Shown: positions 57,965 to 64,000 of the stretch, in pieces
Position numbering within the stretch: the stretch's first letter is position 1
How the letters are laid out: each line of letters opens with the position of its first letter
Source: a virus
Taxonomy: Duplodnaviria; Caudoviricetes
Length of the DNA: 64,000 nucleotides
IMG/VR virus record: IMGVR_UViG_3300021400_003144
Strand: one strand, 5' to 3'
Translations under genes and position numbers: made by a program
Notes under the pieces: model-generated
The model's input: only the letters and a program-made list of their open reading frames with translations
Told to the model about the DNA's origin: nothing
Databases searched by the model: none

Positions 57965-59455
57965 ATGAGTAAAGTTACTAAAGAAGATTTAGTTAGAGAG
58001 TTTCAGAGGCTAAAGAATGAAGCTGAAGGTACTAAAGAGAATAATAACAATACAGAGGAAGAAGATGATTCTTCCTCTAGTGAAAAAGGTGGTCTAAGTG
58101 AAGATGAAATAAATAGCATAGTAGATGATTTAAGTGATGTGTTTAAGTCTGTAGCTGGCATTGAAGATACTAAAGTCACTAAGATAAAAACTGATAGAGA
58201 TTTTGATATTGAGGATGATGAAGATGAAGATACATCTGATGTAGAGATTAAGACACCTAAGATAAATATAAATGCAAATGATATTAGGGTAGATAATAGT
58301 AATAGAAAGAGTATCTTAGACGAGGAAAATGAGAAGCTACAGGAAGAGTTAAGGATTAAAAAAGAGTTAAGTAAGTCTATAGAAAAGTATGAAGTTACTC
58401 CTGAAATGTATAATAGGGGTCAGAGATTACTAGCTCAAGAGAGTGGAGTGGCTAAAACCAAAGAGAAGTTTAATCCTGATGATTATGTAGTAGCTGCTAT
58501 GATTAAGCAGAATAAAGGTAGGAAACCAGATTTAATTCCTGACCCTAGAAATAAGTGGGTACAGTTAGATTCCTTTAATAAAGTTAATGGAAGTAAGAGT
58601 ATACTTAATGAGAAAAACTCTATAAACTGTAGTGATTTAAGTAGGTCTAAGTTATTATCTAATATACCTGATTGGGTTATAAAGAGTCCAGCTGCGGCTG
58701 TGATGTATAAGAAAAAGGTATTTGGTAAATTATTAAAGACTGTAAAGAGAGATTTAGGTACAGATATTCAGAGATTGATAATCTCAAATAATACCTTTAT
58801 AGCTAATGGTAAGTTAGTTAATTTCAATGGAGTATTTGGTGGAGACACTACATTAGATATATGTGACATTGTTGATTTTGGAACAATATTAAAAGAGTGT
58901 CCTAAGTTATTAATGTTAGACATTGATAATGAGGTGTTTGAGGTTTTATGTAATGAATATACAATAGATTTAGATATTATAGAAGTTGCTAGGCTGTTGT
59001 TTGGTAATTTTAATCTATTAACTGAATTTACTGTAAATAATGACAAGTTTACAAGAACAATGATGAACTCTATTGAAAGAGATAATAGAATTAGAGAATT
59101 AAAGGAGCTTCTACATGAGTCTAAGAATAGAAATGAGTTTGATGCAGAATTAAAGAGTAGACTTACAAGAGTTGGTAGAAAGTCATTTAAGGATAGGTTA
59201 AAGGACTCTAATAGATTAAATCTAGCAGGTACTACTGAAAAGAAGTTAATTACAAAAGGTGGATTAGCCAGAGGAGTTGGAGCTGGTGTAGTTACAGCTA
59301 GTGCGTTTGTATTATTTGGTTTATTTAATATTACAGATGCAGCATTTAAGGGTCATTTAAGAAAAGGATTAAATAATACAAAGCAGGCTTTTTCAAATAC
59401 AGCTAGTGGAGCAGCAAAAGCTGGTAATTTTGTAAGGAACTTTGGAAAGAAATAA
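57965..59455 (+). CDS. hypothetical protein with acidic N-terminus and C-terminal hydrophobic segment
   Basis: 496-aa ORF, GAGGT RBS. Confidence 0.8.
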   Translation: MSKVTKEDLVREFQRLKNEAEGTKENNNNTEEEDDSSSSEKGGLSEDEINSIVDDLSDVFKSVAGIEDTKVTKIKTDRDFDIEDDEDEDTSDVEIKTPKININANDIRVDNSNRKSILDEENEKLQEELRIKKELSKSIEKYEVTPEMYNRGQRLLAQESGVAKTKEKFNPDDYVVAAMIKQNKGRKPDLIPDPRNKWVQLDSFNKVNGSKSILNEKNSINCSDLSRSKLLSNIPDWVIKSPAAAVMYKKKVFGKLLKTVKRDLGTDIQRLIISNNTFIANGKLVNFNGVFGGDTTLDICDIVDFGTILKECPKLLMLDIDNEVFEVLCNEYTIDLDIIEVARLLFGNFNLLTEFTVNNDKFTRTMMNSIERDNRIRELKELLHESKNRNEFDAELKSRLTRVGRKSFKDRLKDSNRLNLAGTTEKKLITKGGLARGVGAGVVTASAFVLFGLFNITDAAFKGHLRKGLNNTKQAFSNTASGAAKAGNFVRNFGKK

Positions 59456-59586
59456 GGGTTTAAAATAAGGACATGGGAATTTAAAATAAGAGAGTTTAAA
59501 GGTAGCTTAATTTAGTAAAAAGGTGAATTTTAAGTTAATTAATTATATCTTGTGAATAAAATAATAGTTTTTGGAGTGTAGAGTAA

Positions 59587-60579
59587 ATGGCTAGATTAAG
59601 TGAGATTAATGTAAAGAGTTTTTTAAATGATACATTTGAAGCTACCTTTATGGTCAAAGAAGTTAAGAGTGGTAAGCAGAAGAATGGTTATATGTTCTTG
59701 TCTATTATTATGAAGGACAAGGATGTTGAGATAGAAGCTAAGTATTTTAATGCTACTCAGGTTATAATAGATTATATACAGCCTGGAAAGATTATTTGTG
59801 GTACAATAAAAGTTCAGGAGTATGATAAGGGAAAGGATGGAATCAGTTGTATTATAGAGTCTGTAGCTGATGATGTTAATGGATACAGTGTAGCTGATTT
59901 TATTGATATTGTTGAAGGATATGATGCATACTTAGAGAAATTTAAGAGTTTATTAAATTTCTGTAGTGATACAGTATATGGTCAGATAGCTTATCACATA
60001 CTTAATAAACATTGGAGTAAATATTGTATTTGGGTTGCAGGTAAAAGTCAGCATCATAACGCTATGGGTGGTTTATTGATGCATAGTGTATGTGTAGCAG
60101 AGGGCTGTAAGAAATTAGGAGAGTTTTATAATAGTGTTTATGGAACTGAGTTTTGTAATTTAAAATTGTTGGTATCTGTAGCATTGGTACATGATGTAAT
60201 GAAAACGACTGAGTTAGATTATAAAACGACTGATGGTTTGGTTGAATATAATCAGAATAATTTAAGTAGTCATATAGTTGATGCAGCTTTTGAAATTGAA
60301 AGAGCAGCTAATGAATTAAATATACAGGATAAATATTTAATTGATGAAATGAAACATTGTATATTAGCACATCATGGAAGAATGGAGTGGGGAAGTCCAG
60401 TTACACCTTATTTCACTGAAGCATTTATATTATCTCGTGTAGATGAGATAGATGCAGAGTGTTGGAAGTATAATAAGAAGTTTAAAGGAATGAATGAGCA
60501 TGAGAAAAAAGTGGACTGGGTAGGTGGTGAGTGTAAGATTTATTATAAGCCTACTATATACAGTGACACTGAAATTTAG
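59587..60579 (+). CDS. yhaM: YhaM/Cbf1-like 3'-5' exoribonuclease (OB fold + HD domain)
   Basis: OB fold, HH...GGL..H, VHD..K, HCILAHHG..EWGSPV.P...EA. Confidence 0.88.
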   Translation: MARLSEINVKSFLNDTFEATFMVKEVKSGKQKNGYMFLSIIMKDKDVEIEAKYFNATQVIIDYIQPGKIICGTIKVQEYDKGKDGISCIIESVADDVNGYSVADFIDIVEGYDAYLEKFKSLLNFCSDTVYGQIAYHILNKHWSKYCIWVAGKSQHHNAMGGLLMHSVCVAEGCKKLGEFYNSVYGTEFCNLKLLVSVALVHDVMKTTELDYKTTDGLVEYNQNNLSSHIVDAAFEIERAANELNIQDKYLIDEMKHCILAHHGRMEWGSPVTPYFTEAFILSRVDEIDAECWKYNKKFKGMNEHEKKVDWVGGECKIYYKPTIYSDTEI

Positions 60580-60636
60580 CTTTTATATAATATTAGGTAT
60601 AAAATATAAAAGTTTTTGGAGATAAACAAATAGGTC

Positions 60637-61221
60637 ATGGATGTTAAGAAGGCATTAGAATTATTTGGATATGGGAGTTTAAAGGAAATATCTGAATCTG
60701 ATATAAAAAGAAGATACAGGAAATTAATTAAAATGTGTCATCCAGATTCTGGTATAAAAAATATTGGATTCAGTGTTGATGATGTTAAGAATGGTAAGAG
60801 AGTTTTAGAGAGAGTTTTTAGAGTTTGTAGTGTACAGAGTGCTGTTAGAGAGATAGTTTTTATAGATATAAATACATTGATAAATATTTATAAAGATGGA
60901 AGAGCATCCTACAATAATAGAATAATCTCTAAGAATGATTTAAAGACTAAGGATATATTTTTAGATTTCAGTTATGTTATTAAAGTGGATGATATAACTA
61001 CAGATAATAGCAATGTATATGTAAGATATAATTATAAAGATAATTATAGTGTAGACATTGATGTTGAAATGAGTCCTATGAATAAAGATATTGATATCAA
61101 TATAAATGGTATTAATAAGAAGATTTCTCCTAAAGGAAATTGTGTTGAGCTTAATTTTGATTTTGGGTACAACATAAATTTAAAATGTACATTGTACAAG
61201 AAGAATAGAATTGAGGATTAA
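60637..61221 (+). CDS. J-domain (DnaJ-like) protein
   Basis: AL.LFG......DIKRRYRKL.K.CHPD. Confidence 0.8.
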   Translation: MDVKKALELFGYGSLKEISESDIKRRYRKLIKMCHPDSGIKNIGFSVDDVKNGKRVLERVFRVCSVQSAVREIVFIDINTLINIYKDGRASYNNRIISKNDLKTKDIFLDFSYVIKVDDITTDNSNVYVRYNYKDNYSVDIDVEMSPMNKDIDININGINKKISPKGNCVELNFDFGYNINLKCTLYKKNRIED

Positions 61222-61243
61222 AGAAAAGATAACACTGGTATTT

Positions 61244-61286
61244 AATAGGTAGGCATTAGTGAATATACTAGTGGCTACCTATTTTT
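61244..61286 (+). terminator. intrinsic terminator
   Basis: AATAGGTAG / CTACCTATT + T tract. Confidence 0.75.
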
Positions 61287-61353
61287 GTAATAAGAGTGAT
61301 TTGATGAGAGAGTTTAATATAAAAATGATAATACAGTTAAGAAAAATGTGATG

Positions 61354-61615
61354 GACTATATAAATTAAAAAGTGAGATACAGTAGGGTAAAAAATTGGGT
61401 ACAGTAAGGTGATTTTTAGCTTAAATAAAAGAAAAATTTTATTGAGATTAGTTTAGGGTTAGATAGAAAAATTTTTGGAGACAAATTTTAAAATTTGGGA
61501 GTTTTGAGGTTGAGAGAGTGAGCAGTGATGATGAAAATGGGGGTACAGTGGTGTTAAAATTGGGGGTGCAGTGGTGTTAAAAATTATTGAGAAAAATTGA
61601 AGAAAAATTTTTGGA
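61354..61615. repeat. dispersed intergenic element, copy 3, with internal AAAATTGGG.T(A/G)CAGT units
   Basis: TACAGTAGGGT (61378), TTTTAGCT, GATTAGTTTAGGG (61446), tandem GGGGT(A/G)CAGTGGTGTTAAAA. Confidence 0.65.
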
Positions 61616-61721
61616 GTGAAAGATTTAAGGGGTATGAAGAAGATTAAAAATTGAATATTTTATATAAAATTTAATTATAGTAAAAATATTATAAAAATAT
61701 ATAAAGGTATAGGTAAAAGTT

Positions 61722-62423
61722 ATGATTAATATACAGTATGGTGTAAAAGGTATACATAAGGTAATTGATGGTAAGAAGATATTATTTATAGATAGAGACA
61801 TTTATGAATATGAAGATAATAGTGATGTTTTAAAGCATGTACTCTTTGATGAAAATGGGTCAATATTATCTTGTAATAGTATCTTTACAGGTGATAAGAA
61901 ATATAAGATTGATGATAATGTAAATCTTGAAGATTATTATGATACAAGTGATTTAATTTATAAGGTGTTTGAGGATTACGGATATGACTGTGTTTATTTG
62001 AATGGTAATGTAATAGATGAGTATACAGGTGAAATTGAGGATGAAGCACTTAGAGCTATTGTAGATGTTGGGGCAGTTTTATTATTGCCTGAGTACACAC
62101 ATAATAGAGATAGTGGTACATATGAAATAAATATTAGTACTACTGATAAGAGTAAGAGAGATATTTATTATTATAGGGATATTCATAATATCCTACATAA
62201 TAGCAAATATGCTAATATAATTAATTGTAATATGCAGTTAAAGAGTGTAGAAGAGGCTAAGGAATTTGTAAGAGACAGATATAATTTAGATAAAGCAATT
62301 GGTGATGTTGATTCAAGAAGATTTAATATAAAGTTTGAAGAAACTGTATTTAATAAGATATCAGTAAGTGGTGGATTATCTGAAAAAGAAGTATCTGATA
62401 TATTTAATAAGATGCGTAAGTAA
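61722..62423 (+). CDS. hypothetical protein
   Basis: 233-aa ORF. Confidence 0.7.
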   Translation: MINIQYGVKGIHKVIDGKKILFIDRDIYEYEDNSDVLKHVLFDENGSILSCNSIFTGDKKYKIDDNVNLEDYYDTSDLIYKVFEDYGYDCVYLNGNVIDEYTGEIEDEALRAIVDVGAVLLLPEYTHNRDSGTYEINISTTDKSKRDIYYYRDIHNILHNSKYANIINCNMQLKSVEEAKEFVRDRYNLDKAIGDVDSRRFNIKFEETVFNKISVSGGLSEKEVSDIFNKMRK

Positions 62424-62786
62424 AAAGATGGATTAAGTTGAATTTGAGGCAAAGTAGCTAAGGGTAAGTGTGATAGAGTAAGGGTAAAGTAAGTAGAGTG
62501 GGAATAAAGTAAGTAGTATCTGTATATGTGAAATAGGTACAGATATTAAAATATTAAATATATAAGAAAGGAGTGTGAAAGGTTTATGAATATTAATGTT
62601 GATATTGATAGGTACATTAATGTTGATTGTGTTTGTGTTTAAGAAAGGTGGTGATCTTATGAAATTTATCTAGAAAGGAGATGATGGATTAAGGTAGCTT
62701 ACTAAAATTGAATACAGACATTATATAGGAGTAGAGAAAAAGAATAAAATAGTGAAGATACACTAAGAGAAAAAGTAATTTAAGGT

Positions 62787-62833
62787 ATAGAGGGTTATAT
62801 GACATTTAGAGTGTTGTATAACCCTCTATTTTT
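62787..62833 (+). terminator. intrinsic terminator
   Basis: ATAGAGGGTTATAT / GTATAACCCTCTAT + T tract. Confidence 0.85.
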
Positions 62834-63194
62834 ATGTTGAATAAAGTATGAAAAATTAGTTAGAATTTAAGTAATAAAGGTGAGTGATTTAAAGATTTTG
62901 AGTATAGACATTTAGATTTAAAATATATTTTAAATGATTTTGGTGCATACAGTTAAGAGATGAAAGTAGATATTTGAAGATAAGAGTATGGAATTTGAAA
63001 TATTTTAGATATAGCCATTTAGTTATGGAGTATATTTAAGTAATTTTGATACATGCAGATGAAAATAAGTTAAAAATTGGGAATTTTGAATATATTCATT
63101 TAGTTTTAAAGCATATATTAAGTATATTTTTAATATGCAGTTATAATTTAATGAATAGAAATTGATATAATTATACACTATAAATTTATAAGAG

Positions 63195-63819
63195 AAAGTA
63201 AGTTTAATTTGAGGATAAAGACAAAGTGAAAAATGAGAAAAGTAAGTTGATAGATACATATAAGATTAAGAAAGTAAGTTTAGTAATAATTAGTTGATAC
63301 ATATAGGATTATAGATATAAGTTTGATGATGTTGTTAGATACATACAAAGATAGAAAAGTAAATTAATATAAGTTTAGACATTATAAATTTGATAGAGAA
63401 AAGTAAGTTTGATTTTGGGATTAAGACAAAGTGAAAAATGAGAAAAGAAAGTTAGTTAGTGCATCAAAGATTGAGAAAGTAAGTTGATAAGATTAATAGT
63501 GGGCATATGAAATTAATAAAGTAAGTTAATGATATTAATAGATGACATATAAGATTGAGGAAGTAAGTTTAATAAGATTGGTAGATACATATAGAATAGT
63601 TTGAGGATTAATTTAATTATAATAAGTACAGTTATTAATTTTGTATAGTCATCATAATGTTATGGGAGTTTTGATTTTTAGAAAAGTAAGTTTGATTAAA
63701 GAATAAAGGAATGTTGAAAATGGAGAAAAGTAAGTTCATAGATACATATAAAATTAAGAAAGTAAGTTGTATATTATAGAAGTATCTTTAAGAAATTTGA
63801 AGTAGTTAGAAAGTAAGTT
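63195..63819. repeat. iteron-like array of AAAGTAAGTT (candidate replication origin or protein-binding array)
   Basis: 10 exact + 3 one-mismatch copies in non-coding AT-rich DNA. Confidence 0.75.
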
Positions 63820-64000
63820 TATACATGCATATGATTAATTTAAGATATTATTTGAGATTTAGAATAGGCTGTTGTATTTTAGGTATAGAGTATAGAAAGT
63901 TAAGTGTAAGGTTTAATTATATATTGATATGCTATATTTAATAATTAATAGTATAGTTGATTAAGTTTAGAAATTGATTTTAATATGTTGATACAGATAA

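Noticed and set aside
495-63259. Minus-strand ORFs in the ORF track
   Set aside because: Nearly all are shadows of + strand genes, Ser/Leu/Phe/Ile-rich as expected from the antisense of purine-rich coding DNA, with no motifs or RBS.
63195-63819. AAAGTAAGTT array as a second CRISPR array
   Set aside because: The repeat is only 10-12 nt and non-palindromic, and the intervening sequences are related to each other rather than unique spacers.
1-64000. tRNA/rRNA genes, integrase or transposase, virion structural genes
   Set aside because: None recognised by eye; phage identity is therefore inferred from gene content and organisation, not proven.

Overview
AT-rich 64-kb window in which essentially every credible gene is on the + strand, and that strand is strongly purine (A/G) rich. 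Gene content points to part of a large (jumbo-type) phage or giant extrachromosomal element of an anaerobic Firmicutes (Clostridia/Lachnospiraceae-like) host: dense tiny ORFs behind perfect sigma-A promoters, a DnaG-type primase core, a probable SSB, class III RNR nrdD/nrdG, Mre11/Rad50-like parts, SpoVG, Thg1, YhaM and cell-wall-binding CAP proteins. No virion or cas genes are recognisable in the window. The main finding is an orphan CRISPR-like repeat (AGTGAACCCTTGCAATAGGGATTGAAT). It forms a 6-repeat array and then recurs in dispersed mini-arrays or solitary copies that bracket whole protein-coding cassettes, one of which is a three-gene DUF4869 / minimal ABC-type ATPase / TOPRIM-like module. 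Most spacers read as antisense to coding sequence. Other highlights: a 308-nt group I intron in nrdD directly before the catalytic Cys; a Rad50/SbcC split at the zinc hook with halves about 16 kb apart; three classes of ADP-ribosyl hydrolase; a HipA-like kinase pair; an FtsK/HerA-type ATPase operon; a helically phased AAAGTAAGTT array (candidate origin); a thrice-repeated intergenic element; and a 7xGGA leader before the SSB. All family assignments are from motif recognition by eye; no database searches were run.
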